Assembly (NCBI GenBank): GCA_022813865.1
Contig: JALDZX010000072.1
Span: 1-64,000, forward strand
DNA length: 64,000 bases
Source: Xylographa opegraphella
Taxonomy: Eukaryota
Direction of reading: 5' to 3'
Below the pieces are notes generated by a model. That model was not told the DNA's origin. It was given only the letters and a program-made list of their open reading frames with translations, and did not search any database. Of this stretch, positions 1-12,709 are shown piece by piece (the stretch's first letter is position 1; the number at the start of each line of letters is the position of its first letter). A program made the position numbers and the translations under genes.

Positions 1-62
<62 letters not shown>
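1..62. repeat. poly-G homopolymer at window start (probably a sequencing or assembly artefact)
   Basis: 62 consecutive G at the edge of the window. Confidence 0.9.
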
Positions 63-63
<1 letters not shown>

Positions 64-913
64 AAGGGATTTTTTTTGTAGCTTGATCATTTGGGACACA
101 TGTATATGTTGCAGTCGAGGTTTGTTGGGGTGTTGAATGGTTTTTCTTTTTCTTTGGGTCGAAGGGTGGGTTGGTGCTTGCTGTTTTGGTTCTGGGTTCT
201 GCGTATCGTGTGTCTATTGATGCTTTGATTGCAAATGCTGGGAGGCGATAGGGCTTTGAGGAGTGAGGGGATGGGCTGATAGGTGACCAGGGGGGGGGGA
301 TCAAGGTAGTATATATGATCGATACATTATCGTCGCAGGATTTTGCAAGGGAAATGGTTGCAAGTGGGTATATTGCATCTATATCCGATCGGTGGATTGT
401 GAACTGCTACAGAAGATATTCTCGAACCCTGGCATACGTCCAAGGAAAGGGCTTCGGAGTCCCCGGACGCACGGCTGAATCTGGGTTGGAGATAAAAGCC
501 GTCTGGGTTACATTCACTGGCTACAATCGCCCTGTGCCCTTTGCTGCTGTTGGAGCAGGAGATACCGCTTGGGACTGCGTTGGCTTCTGAGGATTCGATA
601 CGGGGATTCGAAAATGAAGGGGGCTGTGTTTGATTGGTATGGTCGTCCATCTGCTGTGCAGGTCTGACGGTCTGACCTCGTTATAGTGTGCAGCTCGGCG
701 TTCCGAGGATCATTATAGACTCTGGATCGCTGACGAGCTCAGACTAATATGTCCTGAATCTCGGCTCACAGCTTCGTGGCTCATCGCTCCTTCCCACCAC
801 TAGATAGAAAAAGTGGATTCAATTGCCACTAATTTCTTTTCAAAAGGAGCTTAACATCCGACCACAAACACCCCAAGCCAACAACCAAAAAAGTGCCCAG
901 CGAGGCCATCGAA

Positions 914-2047
914 TCACTGTTCCAGAAACGCCATCATGCCACAGATCATCAGTTCCTCCAACCCCCACAGATGTTCGGCCGGGAACTCATCCATGACCGA
1001 ATACCAATACAGCCCCACCTCCACTCTGACGTTGCCGTACCCTTGCGCTCGTAGCACACCCGTCAACCTGTCCACCACCTCCCGGCTCTGCGGACTGAGC
1101 TCCTCGACCATGATCGTGATGGTCACCAAACACTCCCACGCGTCCCACGAGGTCCCTTTCCGCGCCACGTCGATATCCAGCCACTCCAGCCGTCCGATCT
1201 CTCGGCGGAAGAGGTGTGGAAGGGGGAGCTCGTTCACCCACTCGTACCAGCGGAGTTGCCGCACACTCGAAGGCACCAGCATGCGGTGTCGGACGGGGAA
1301 GAGCTGTTCCGGCTGTTCGAGATCGTGGATGTACGGGATCGAGCAGTGGCGCAGGTCGGCGGCGGAGAATTCATGACGAGTGGGCGGCTCCACGGTGGCA
1401 GGGGCGGCTTTGAGCTGCGAAATGGGGTCCGCTCTGGAGCCGGTGACCTGGTGCATGGAAGGATGCTCTTGGCCCTGTCCTCCGGAGCTCACGCGAAGAG
1501 GGTTTGTCAGGAGAGGCGGTGAAGGTTGCACTTGAGTCGTCGTCAGGGCTGGACTGCGAGGGATTTTCCAGGGGTGGCAGAAGGCTGGTGAAACGTGTGC
1601 GTGGACTCCTCCTTCGAAATAGCGGTATTGGGGTTCTGGCCGAAGGTACGATGCATGCACAGGAGATGGACCGGGAGCGTGGAGTTGCTGGAACGGATGA
1701 TTATGTGGATATAGGGTCTGAGGACCTCTACCGTACGCATGATGTTGGACCTGTGGCGGACCGTACGAGCCGTTCACAGGGACCGGATGGAAACCGTTCG
1801 GCTGCTGGAACGGATAGTATGGTGGATTTGGTTGTTGAGGTCCCCCTCCATACATGACGCCGTGGACCTGCGGCTGATCGTACCATCCGGTTGCAAGATA
1901 TTGTCCAGGAACAACGACCGGCTGGTATGAGAAGGCTGGCGGATCCGGTGCCAGATGCCCTTCTCCAAACGCACCACCTTGGACCGGCTGCGAAGGAAAC
2001 CATTCGGAGTGCTGAGGACCATTTCGGGAATACTGTGGAGGATACAT
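914..2047 (-). CDS. hypothetical protein, 377 aa; Q/P/G/Y/H-rich N-terminus with degenerate 39-aa repeats and a globular-looking C-terminus
   Basis: Uninterrupted ATG ORF, a TATATA box about 115 nt upstream, a CT-rich leader and internal repeat periodicity; no family recognised. Confidence 0.55.
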   Translation of the reverse strand: MYPPQYSRNGPQHSEWFPSQPVQGGAFGEGHLAPDPPAFSYQPVVVPGQYLATGWYDQPQVHGVMYGGGPQQPNPPYYPFQQPNGFHPVPVNGSYGPPQVQHHAYGRGPQTLYPHNHPFQQLHAPGPSPVHASYLRPEPQYRYFEGGVHAHVSPAFCHPWKIPRSPALTTTQVQPSPPLLTNPLRVSSGGQGQEHPSMHQVTGSRADPISQLKAAPATVEPPTRHEFSAADLRHCSIPYIHDLEQPEQLFPVRHRMLVPSSVRQLRWYEWVNELPLPHLFRREIGRLEWLDIDVARKGTSWDAWECLVTITIMVEELSPQSREVVDRLTGVLRAQGYGNVRVEVGLYWYSVMDEFPAEHLWGLEELMICGMMAFLEQ

Positions 2048-3201
2048 GGTCGAGAGTGTTTATGGAAATGGACGAGAGTGCCTATGAGGATGGACGAAGA
2101 GTGTTTTGAGAGAATGGAGAGCTTTGATAGAGAAAGACATGTTGGGGTGCTGACCGGCGCTCTATATACTCGCAGAAGTCTTTTTGATTCCGACTGCGAC
2201 AAACACTCCGCTGGCGAAGCACATGCTCGAGAGACTAGCTCGTGCTTGGGTGGGAACCTCTTCGCCTCGCCGTTCACCTAAATGGGCTGGCTATGAGAGT
2301 TTGGTCCGACTGCATAGCTGTTGATTTGCAGATATCTTATCTACAACCACTTATCGAGGTGAACTGTTGAGATGTCACGTTACTCATATATATACTTATA
2401 TCTCGGTTCCTCTAGGCTGTTGACCACGATCCGCGTGTCGACGTGGAGGAAATATAAATGCGTAGACGCTCAGCATACCACCAGAAAAGGCACGATTGAA
2501 ATCAAGTACCTACCTTACGTTCTCCCATCGATTTCTCACGGGCAGAAACCACGCAGCTGCCATTTTGCTCAACCTCGCAGCAGAAACCCGGCTCCGGCCG
2601 CTAGTCGCACTTAGGGTTTGGGCCGCTTAGCTAAGCATTTGACTCGCCGGCGTCAGCGTTAAGATTAGGTGTTCGTGATGGTAGTGATCTCTCGCTACCG
2701 CCATGAAGGCGAATTGTTATTTCGGAACGCACTGCATCGGTGGCGTTGTTGGGCACCTTCGTAACCCAATCACGTAGCTATACTACTACGCAGCGCTTTA
2801 CGGAGAGAGAAATCCCTTTGCAGCAATGGATGAATGAAGCGCTGGACTTGCTTTGTGCGAACTATGTGATTTGGAAAATACTTAGCAGTGACCTAACGTC
2901 AAGCCTGTCATTTTTCTATCAACCGTACAAGCTTTTCACGGCAGTCGAGCTCGGATACGAGCAAGACCAGTGCATGTGTGCTTACCGTGCTTCGCCCAGC
3001 ACTTCTGGGTCTTCGTCGTGACATTCTTCCGCTTTGCCTGAGCACTATTATTCGCGGCACCTTTGCAGCAAGGTGAATCTGTAGCTCACCTCCTTGGGTA
3101 TCTCAGACGGAGCGCCGCACAAAGAGCTTCGTAACCGACGCTTGATATACTCAAACGATCCGCATAGCTGGATCCGTACCGCTGCTTGACCGACCTCATC
3201 T

Positions 3202-4812
3202 CTACAGCAGACCCTGTTTCTGCAGACTTCACAATCTGTCAGCCTCTCATCCTCATGCATAACAATCTCAGGAAGCACATACTCGTAATACACCTTCTCC
3301 GGCATGACGTTGCCCTCCGCATCCTCCATCTGCACCACCCCTTCGCCCTTGCCCCCTTCCACCCTCTTATCCCGCACAATCTTCTCCCACAGCTTCAATG
3401 CGTCCTCGATCCCCGTGATCTCCCGGAACAGACCCGTGTTCGTGACGCCAAGGCACTTCAATCCGTAGATATGCCTGGCCTCGTTGAAGTGCTTGTCGAA
3501 TGCCCGTCGGCCCATGTACACGAAGTTGCCGCAGATCTCGCACGGGAACTCAACGCCCAGCCCGTGCAGCTTGTACAGCCAGTACGGGATCGGCTTGCCG
3601 TCCCACGCGAGAGGCAGCTTGAGCGGGTTGTAGATCTTCTCCGACGTGTCGGAGTCGGAGTCGGAGTCGTGCGCCGCGGGGAGGTCGGACGGTGTTTCGG
3701 CGAATAGGGCGTCGAGCTCCATTTGTCGCTCCCGTTCCGTCATGCCTTGCTTCCGTTCGACGTTGATGCGCGTCGCGACACGCTCAGAGGAGAGGGTGGA
3801 GGCGAGTTTGGAGATACGGAACTCACGCTCGGCGATGGCGCGTTCTTTGAGGTGATGAACGGGAGAAGGCTTGGGAGCAGTGGAGGAGGGGTTGGAACTG
3901 GTCTTGCGCGCTTCGGCGGCTTTGAGATGCTTCTTCCCGGAGAGATGCGCTTTGTATACGTTGTCGTTCTTGAACTCCTTCAGGCAGTCAGGACACCAGA
4001 TACCTTCGCCAGTGCCTTCGGTAGTTGGGGCTGCGACGCCAGACGCCGACGAGTCCTTAGTCCAACCAGGGACCGAATCAGATTGCCACGCGGTTTCGAA
4101 GTCGGTGTCGAAAGTGGCAAACATTTTGTCAAGGTCTTGGAGTGGAGCGGTACGTCGGAGGAAGTCTTCGAGGTAGGCGACCAAGCGGCCGACGTAGGCA
4201 AAGTAGTTGTCGGTTGTTTTATCTGGACGCTTGATGGGACATTGCGGGGGGGTGAAGACGTCAAAGCTGTCGAGGTATTGGAGGTAGGAAAGCCGCTTTA
4301 CACCGGGAAGATTGAGATAGTCTTCGTGCAGAGTGGTCAGGTCGAGGAATTTACCAAAGGCCTCCTCGCCAGTGAACATGTTGTCGACCTCCGCCGTAGC
4401 AGATTCGCCTTCGGCCGGAGCTTTGCGCTTGTAAGCCCGCTCGAGGTTCTCCACGGGTTCGTTGGGATACCGGCGGTGGAAGTCTTTGATCTCACCGAGC
4501 TGCTTGTAGAATTCTTCGAAAGGATCACCAGTGGATATGGCTTGAATCTCTTTCGTACGTAAATCTTCGGCATCTTGGTAGATATCGAGGAGGCGTTTAG
4601 ATTGGTCCTGTATACGGGTGAGGAGACCGGAGATATGATGGTCTCTGTTCAAGCGGTCTCGGATCTGTTGTTCGAGAAATCAGCTGTGATATTTGGGTAA
4701 AACAACAGGGTGTCCGCCATACGTGCTTGGGCTCTTCTCCAATCCGATCAGCTATCGCCGACTCGAGGCGCTCGATGTCCTCATGGAGGAATCGTTGGTC
4801 TTCAAGTATCAT
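3202..4812 (-). CDS. PRP9: splicing factor 3A subunit 3 (Prp9/SF3a60/Sap61); 3 exons, introns about 4665-4722 and 3228-3282
   Basis: [18 protein letters not shown]-terminus, [31 protein letters not shown] zinc finger and spliced C-terminus YYDLQKQGLL*. Confidence 0.95.
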
Positions 4813-5039
4813 CTCGCTAGCTGTCTCTTGCACAAGAATCCGTGCCTATTGCGAAATCGAGCTTTGCGAAAAGAGTTCGTTTGGCGTGGTGCTGTTTGTA
4901 GATGTTGTAAAATTGACAGCCAATCAGAGCGGAGGAACTTTTCTCGACCCCGTCTCTCATGCTGCGTTGCTCTCATTGACTCCGATCGCGATCATCCACC
5001 AACGCAAACTTCAACATCTAATCAAGGCGAATCACAATC

Positions 5040-6384
5040 ATGGCGGACGGAATTGACAGACAGGCCGAGGGTGCGTCGTATTCTCGATTACTTCCAATTT
5101 ACGACTGACAAGTATACAGAGAGGATGGAGTTTTCCACTTCGAAGGAAGTCACAGTTGCGCCTACCTTCGAGGCTATGCACCTGAAGGAGAACCTTTTAC
5201 GCGGTATCTATGCATACGGTTATGAGTCACCATCCGCTGTTCAATCTCGAGCCATCGTCCAGATCTGCAAGGGCAGAGACACAATCGCCCAGGCGCAGTC
5301 TGGAACAGGAAAAACGGCGACTTTCTCGATCAGTATGCTTCAAGTCATCGACACAGCAGTACGAGAGACGCAGGCACTCGTACTCTCTCCGACTCGCGAA
5401 CTTGCGACACAAATTCAGTCGGTCGTAATGGCACTTGGCGACTACATGAATGTGCAATGTCATGCCTGCATTGGAGGAACCAATGTCGGAGAGGACATCC
5501 GTAAGCTCGATTATGGGCAGCATATCGTGTCAGGAACTCCAGGTCGTGTGGCCGACATGATTCGACGGCGCAATCTACGCACCAGGCACATCAAGATGCT
5601 CGTTCTTGACGAAGCAGACGAACTCCTCAATCGTGGGTTTAGGGAGCAGATCTACGACGTCTACCGTTACCTCCCGCCTGCGACTCAGGTCGTTGTCGTG
5701 TCGGCCACCTTGCCATACGATGTCCTTGACATGACGACCAAATTCATGACCGATCCGGTTCGCATCCTTGTCAAGCGTGACGAACTGACCCTGGAAGGCC
5801 TTAAGCAGTACTTCATCGCTGTCGAAAAGGAAGAATGGAAGTTCGACACCCTATGCGATCTCTACGATACTCTCACAATCACGCAAGCAGTCATTTTTTG
5901 CAACACCCGCCGGAAGGTCGACTGGCTTACGGACAAGATGCGCGAAGCAAACTTCACAGTCTCCTCCATGCACGGCGAAATGCCGCAGAAGGAGCGAGAC
6001 AGTATCATGCAAGATTTCCGCCAGGGCAATTCCCGCGTGCTGATCTCAACCGATGTCTGGGCACGTGGCATCGACGTTCAGCAAGTATCGCTTGTGATAA
6101 ACTACGATCTTCCTAGCAATCGTGAGAACTATATCCATAGGATCGGAAGAAGCGGGAGATTTGGACGGAAAGGGGTGGCTATCAACTTCGTCACGAGTGA
6201 GGATGTGAGAATCTTACGGGATATCGAGTGTAAGTCAAACGGACCTACCACTGAATCGCACAAGCTCACAGGCTTCTAGTGTACTACTCTACTCAAATTG
6301 ATGAGATGCCTATGAACGGTACGTATTTCATGAGTTCGACTGGACAAGCGCTGATGATTAGCAGTGGCCGATCTTCTATCATGA
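5040..6384 (+). CDS. FAL1: DEAD-box RNA helicase eIF4A-III / Fal1 (exon-junction complex); introns 5071-5119, 6230-6279 and 6319-6364
   Basis: [21 protein letters not shown] and [13 protein letters not shown] motifs; eIF4A-III-type [15 protein letters not shown]; spliced ends [10 protein letters not shown] and [18 protein letters not shown]. Confidence 0.95.
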
Positions 6385-8089
6385 TCAGGAGGAACCAGAA
6401 GGTAAAAGGGCGATGGAGAAGAAAATTTGAAAGTGGATTATGATGAGGTCCTGGGAGCGGACATGAAGCCAGTACAGGCTCCAGTCGTTTAAACAGGCGG
6501 ATAGCAAGTATGCGGAGGAAATGGGCCCCTATATCCAGCGTAAGTCTTACAGAACCAGGGATTTATAGACGAGTGCTGATACATGGAAGCAAAGCCGGGA
6601 GAGAGTTTCTCGCAGAAAATGGTGTTTCTTAACATCATGACCAGAATGTACCACGCTGAATCATTACAGCTCTCCCTTATACTGCTATACAGAGTCCATG
6701 TTCTGACCATGCCCTATGACCAGCGTGTTGAAAGTGCGTCAGGAGAATTCAGCTAGGGCTGAAAATATTCGAGTGCTATGGAGATAACAGAAACAAGCAT
6801 GTCGTCAGGCGCTACCCCCTTGGTATTGCCTAGCAACAGTCATTGCAGTCTCTACGAGCCCTTTTTGGTGTTTGGTACACTTTCTAGTAGGGCCATCATC
6901 AACCTCTTCCACACCGCTTACTGACACCGAATCTCCTGCTGATCAAGTCTTACATGCGCATCATGAATCATGAATCGTACATCGCCAGCATAAATAGAAT
7001 CTACCAGGACGACTGCTAAGTGGACACAGGATTCCTAAGCAGGATCCAGATAAGTATACCTAGCCGTTGTGCTGGTCTCTTCATCATCATCTAATGTACC
7101 CGCATAGCTCTGCAGACTATGAACCAAGCGAAAGCATTTCATCATCTCTTGTTCCAGACACTTACCGCACAGATGGATCGAGAAAGTGGTTCAATCTGTA
7201 TCAAATGTGGACGTACTAAGCCTCTACCAATTAGAGCGACAACGTTCCAACTTCGATGTAATATTTCCTACTTTGGTTAGCGTATCTGGACTGTCTGGTC
7301 ATCACAACGTTTTCAAACTCCTCGGTCGTGTCTTCCTTTCAATGTCTTTTGCTCCCAACATCAAAATCTGAACAAGATGAAGCAGGTTCGACCAGGTAGG
7401 CAGGTTCTACTCAGTGAATTCTTGCGTGATGGAAAGCAAGGGCGGAAACGCGCATATCCGGAAGCTGGCTCCCATCTGCATAAGGATAGTAGAAAGAACA
7501 AACTCTTCTCGAACGATGTCTTTGACTTTTCGAGACACACCTCTATGAAACACGTCTTTCGTGCTCGGCAAATGATGAGAATTAAGATACTACATCTGAC
7601 TGAATGTGCCCTCAATAGCGCAAGCCGAAGCAGGACTGCATACTGATGCCCGAATACATCAGGTGACATTCAGCAGAACGAGAGTGAATTGCCAGCATGA
7701 ATTGAACCCCTCCCTAAGCTCAGCCCTGGGCGAAGAAACATTGCACCTGCCTCATGCTACTTGATCGTGCAAAAGAGCCTGCCGTCCCTCCTCAAAGCGA
7801 GATCATCTCAACTAAAATAAGCTCAAAATGTGTCTTCCGTGGTGTTGCTGGCCATTCGTCGATGTAGAGCTCGAAGATCCTCCGAAGGGGAAAAACAAAG
7901 AAGAAAAACGGTACATTATGGTTGAGGATGGCGCTCTTTTCTACCCCGTAAGTGATTTGTCCTAATCTCCGCCTTCATCTCACTTCCGCTTCCACAACCT
8001 TCACTTCCACACCGCATCTCACATTTGGACTGGACAAATCTTTCTCATCCATCTCGTCTCTCTCATCTGGTCTTCCTCGTGCTCCCATC

Positions 8090-8754
8090 ATGTCACGATA
8101 CTACACCTACGTTCCACATCCAAGGCCCAAATCGCCGGAGCCGAAGAAAGCAAGCTACTACTACAACTACCATCCTCCCCATGCTGGTCGTCTGACAGAC
8201 GCATATCCTCCATGCTTCTACACCTATGGTCCGGTCGCACATGTACATACTCCTAATGTACCGAAGGAATATATTCCTGTTGTTTATGTCACTTCACTAT
8301 CTCAACTGATTTTGGTGTAGCTCTGATCGCTGACTCATTATCCTAGACTCACACACCCAAGGCTGCTCCTGTGTGCTACACCAGCTATCCCCAGTACTAC
8401 TGTGTTGAAGCAGCACCGGCTCCGAAGCCAGCAGCCCCCAAGCCACCAACCCCCAAACCACCAACCCCAAAACCACCAACCCCCAAACCACCAACCCCCA
8501 AGCCCGACAAACATGTCTACTGGTACGGATCTTCTAGACAAGAAGTAGACGTTCAGAACCATGCGATTCATAAGGCTCATGCCAAGCCGACTCAAATGGT
8601 CCCTTACGAGCCGAGTGCCGAGGAGCAGTTTTGGGTGCGGGAGTTAGACGGAAGTTGGACTCTAAGGACGGCGAAGGATGTTGGAGATAACTGCCAACCA
8701 GGCTACTGGCAGGAGGGAGAAAGTGGCTACCCGCTCTTTATACGTACAGCATGA
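8090..8754 (+). CDS. small Pro/Tyr-rich fungal hypothetical protein, 2 exons (intron about 8258-8346)
   Basis: ATG at 8090; gctgac branch and cctag acceptor at 8346 join in frame to an exon with PKPPT repeats and the C-terminal motif FWVRELDGSWTLRT...CQPGYWQ; donor position uncertain. Confidence 0.7.
8436..8504 (+). repeat. 15-bp coding tandem repeat (CCCCAAACCACCAAC), about 4.6 copies, encoding PKPPT
   Basis: directly visible. Confidence 0.9.
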
Positions 8755-9730
8755 AGGAAGGTGAATACCTCACTATGCGCATCCCAAGGTGTACCCGATT
8801 ACTGACACTTCTGTGATAAGGTAGTGTCCTCATCGTGGGTTGGTCGATCTGCTTGAGGCGAGAATGCCTTCAACCTCATCAGAAGATGGGACAAGAATGT
8901 GCACATGACAATGAGCAGGGAGAGTAGCATGATATTTAGGATGAGGTTATTTTCCTGGCGTGATGGAACTATGGTGTTTACTGGATTTACCGATTACCGA
9001 GACTCAGGGTAGTGGAGTGTTGCACGGTGTGGGACAGTTCTAGAGTTCGCACGTCAAGCCACAACTACAATCCGAGCCCAAGATTTCTGTGGCCGTTCTC
9101 CTATACCGGTCAGTGCAACATGCATATACATAAGTCTCATATCTCAAACAAAAGCTTATCCCACGCCTCTGCCAAGTCCCTGTCAAAAGAGCGGAGCAAT
9201 TTCCTCGTTTCCACGTGCGATTCCTTGCCAGATGCACTATCTTGCTGCCAGATCATCCCACTCACAACCGGCCGTTTTCTGCTTCTCCTCCTCGGACCTA
9301 CCCCAGATACGACGAGCCTCACTCCCCACACTAGCCTGCGATCTAGCGTAGAGAGTGTGACACTATCGCTGACACACTGCTTGACTCAAGCCTTGATGAA
9401 GTAGTTCTCTCGTCATGCGTCTTTGTTACGAGGTTATGGTTAGATGGATGCCTGACGTACACAAGGGTTCCGGGATGGATCATTGACATTATTGGGATAT
9501 CGAATTTGCTGTTAGGCGTGAAGTAGGGCAGGACTAGCCCAGGAAGTGACTTGTGGCTTGGCGCAGGTCCGTGCTTTTGATCCAAGTTCTTGGCAGAAGC
9601 GGCAGATAATGACGAACGAGGTTGAAACACCAGAGATTCGGTGGCGTTCCCGCTGCATGATGCATATCGATGCCCATTGTGCAAGGTACGCATAAAAAAC
9701 AGCTCTCGGCTCGCAAAATTATATCCCAAA

Positions 9731-12123
9731 ATGGTTGAGAGGCGTAGAAATTTCCAGGGCTTCGGCTCCACCACTCGGACGTCGGCAGATCCAGACGTGC
9801 AGAGACCACTTCTCGCTGACGAGGAGCAACCCGATGATGAGGGATACTTCCCTTCGCAATGGACCATAGATCAGCCATGTCCGCCGAATCCCAATGCCCG
9901 ACTTCCGGTATTCAGAACTATACATCAGTAAGCTCTGGCCATCCCTGAAAAATTAACGTAATCGATTGTGGATGTAAGATGCTAAGGCCGGCTTACGCAG
10001 GATTCGGAAAACTATCATCGCTACCATAGGTGGATACTCAATTATTCTCCGTTAAAGTTCTCAGACTGATCCATGGACCACGTGTCTCTGCCGCACAGAC
10101 GACCCGTATAGCTTGGAACAACTCCGAGCCCCGAGAGTGAACATATCAATCGTACGGCCACTTGTGGATCGTTTCCATGATACGCAAGACTTATCCATAG
10201 GTATAGAATAACGTTTCGTTGCAATATACACTATTTGAAATACTCGTCATTGATGTTCGGCTGATATCTCTAGTGTACTGTCTATTGGTGAACAGAGCGC
10301 AGTTCCTTCGTGAACAAGTCTATCGATCGCACCACCAAAGCGTCAATGTTTCTCGTGCTACTCTCTGCGAATTACTGGCCAGTAGAGTGTTGCGAAGGTT
10401 CGATGAGGATAATCCAGGTCCTAGGGGTGTGCTCTTTCTTGCGAATGTACTAGTAGCTGGCTTCAATCCCTTTCAAGGTGCCCCTCAGGAAATTCAAAAC
10501 GAGAACAGCCATACTCTGCCCTGGCTGAATCGGAGAAATGATGGTCCTGGAGGGAATATGACAGCTTTGGAGCTGGCCATTATCTCGGAGAGCAAGACCC
10601 TTCTAAGTTCTGCAGCTTGTCTCAAAGTAATGGATGCTATATACGAAGGACGGGTCGTCTACACTCCTTCCTCATTCATCGATATTCTTCCGGACCATTA
10701 TAAGCATAAGCCAATCGCCCTCTATGACCCGAGAGAAGCCCCCCTGTTGAACCAATACCGCTTGGTCGTTCCGCGAACGCGAAACATCATTGAAGTGTGT
10801 CAGTTCATTGTGCTGCTTGTTCTGTATTTCTTGGTCATGGAAACACAAGTCGCTGAGAGCTTTGGAATGTTGGAGGGTGTCTTTTGCATATACACGCTCG
10901 GCTGGGCGTTGGACCAGATTGCCTCGATGCTGGAGCACGGCTGGCAAGTTTACACGCAGAATCTATGGTCATTTCTTGATGTTGGGTTCATCCTCATCTA
11001 CATCATTTATCTCTCCTTCCGTCTTCGAGGGCTGCTGAGTGGTGATCTCTGGTACGGTCATCAAGCGTTAGACATATTGTCTGTTGGCGCACCTGTGCTC
11101 GTACCTCGCCTGGGTTTCAATCTGATGTCTGAAAACATGCTGTTTGTCTCACTGAGAGCGATGGTGGCCAATTTTGCACTGTTATCATTTTTGGCTGTGT
11201 GGTGTTTTGCGGGGTTTCTCCTTGCTATGAGATGGTTGAGTAACGGAGGGCATCCTCCCATCACCATTGCAAAGTGGATGCTGTGGGTGTGGTTCGGTCT
11301 TGACGGAACTGGGATTCAACGCTCCGTCGACTTTCATTGGTTGTTGGGTCCCAGTCTCATGGTTACCTTTGCCTTTCTTGGCAATACCTTGTTTCTCACG
11401 ATCCTCGTCTCAATGCTTAGTACTACCTTCAGTAACATTGTCTCGAACGCGAATGCTGAGATACAATTTCGGAGGGCTGTGTTGACTTTCGAAGGCGTCA
11501 AGAGCGATGCATTATTCGCCTACCTCCCCCCATTCAATATCGGGGCGCTCATCTTCATGCTCCCGCTCAAATTTCTAGTCTCACCACGTTGGTTTCACAA
11601 GATCAATGTTGCAGTTGTCAGAACTTTGAATGCACCACTGCTATTGGGTATTAGTTTCTATGAGAGGAGATCTCTATGGGCTGTGGCCAACCGAAAGGCC
11701 TCCGGCGTTTCAAAGATCCGTGGCAAACCTTCCTTCTGGGATTTTTCGAGGTTCACCGTTCATGGCGATATTGAAGCAGTATTTGACTGTGAATCGCCAC
11801 TTCCAGCAGTTGATGGGCCCTCCGATGGAGCAGATCTGAGTGACGCCGCTTTCGGCCACGCAAATCTTGCCGATAATCTTTTGCGGCCGGAAGAGTCGCC
11901 ACGGGGTACGAACAGCAAACAACAGCACAAAGACCGGAAGGACTCGGTAGAGCCGTTTGCTGGGCTTGCCGAACGCCTTCCCGATATTCTGCACCACTTT
12001 AGTGGAGCTGGCGACACCAAAAGCAGATTGGAGGAGTTGGAGGACTCCACGAAAAGAATAGAAGCAATGGTCAAAAAACTATACGAGAGTATGGACAACG
12101 ATTCTAGTGATGTAAGTGGGTAA
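9731..12123 (+). CDS. YVC1/TRP-like non-selective cation channel; 4 exons
   Basis: Spliced N-terminal motifs IRKTIIATIDDPYSLEQLRAPR and VYCLLVNRAQFLREQ, multiple TM helices, pore-region WVWFGLDGTG, FLGNTLFLTILVSML and KSDALFAYLPPFNI. Confidence 0.85.
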
Positions 12124-12709
12124 CCAGGAAAGTGAAGCCGACACAGCTTTGATGGGGACGATGGTTGCAAAGTGGGTCTCTGGATTCTTTCCACCATGTT
12201 ATCTGGTACGAAGTGCAGACTGGACCATCTTATATAGTCTCGATGTCCACTCGTCTATCTTCGAGTCTTGAATCCAGACAGAGTACCTATTCTGGCTTCT
12301 CGATGTGGCCAAGAAGCCAATTCATGAAATACAGTCTGGCATATCCCGTCCCTCTGGAAGTCCCACATCTTTAATAACAGATCCAATTCTTGTGACTGTC
12401 TAGTATCCTAATGGTTATCTCTACAGCGGATGGAACATAGTCCGGTCATCGTCCTGTCTACCACAGTACGCCATCAATGGGACTGAAAAGCTAGGGTAAC
12501 CTACATTAGCAAGCGAAACTTAGCCGAACCCCACAAGTTTAAGGATAATTGACCGACAGCTTCTTTGACAGCTACGAGGAGCAGTACATCATACGTTTCC
12601 TTCGACATAGGAAGGTACCTTTCGGCGACGGCAAATCCGCTATATACGCCGACGACCAGTTGGAGCAGGAACTTGGCCTATCCAGCAGTAATAACTGTTC
12701 CTTCCATCC

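Noticed and set aside
1..62. Poly-G tract as a telomere or G-quadruplex element
   Set aside because: A pure homopolymer at the sequence edge with no TTAGGG units; typical of a sequencing artefact
315..650. Overlapping short ORFs near the window start
   Set aside because: No motif or other support for either strand
4693..5039. N-terminal extension of FAL1 in the ORF track
   Set aside because: Starts at a non-ATG codon, overlaps PRP9 and reads through an intron; the true start is ATG 5040
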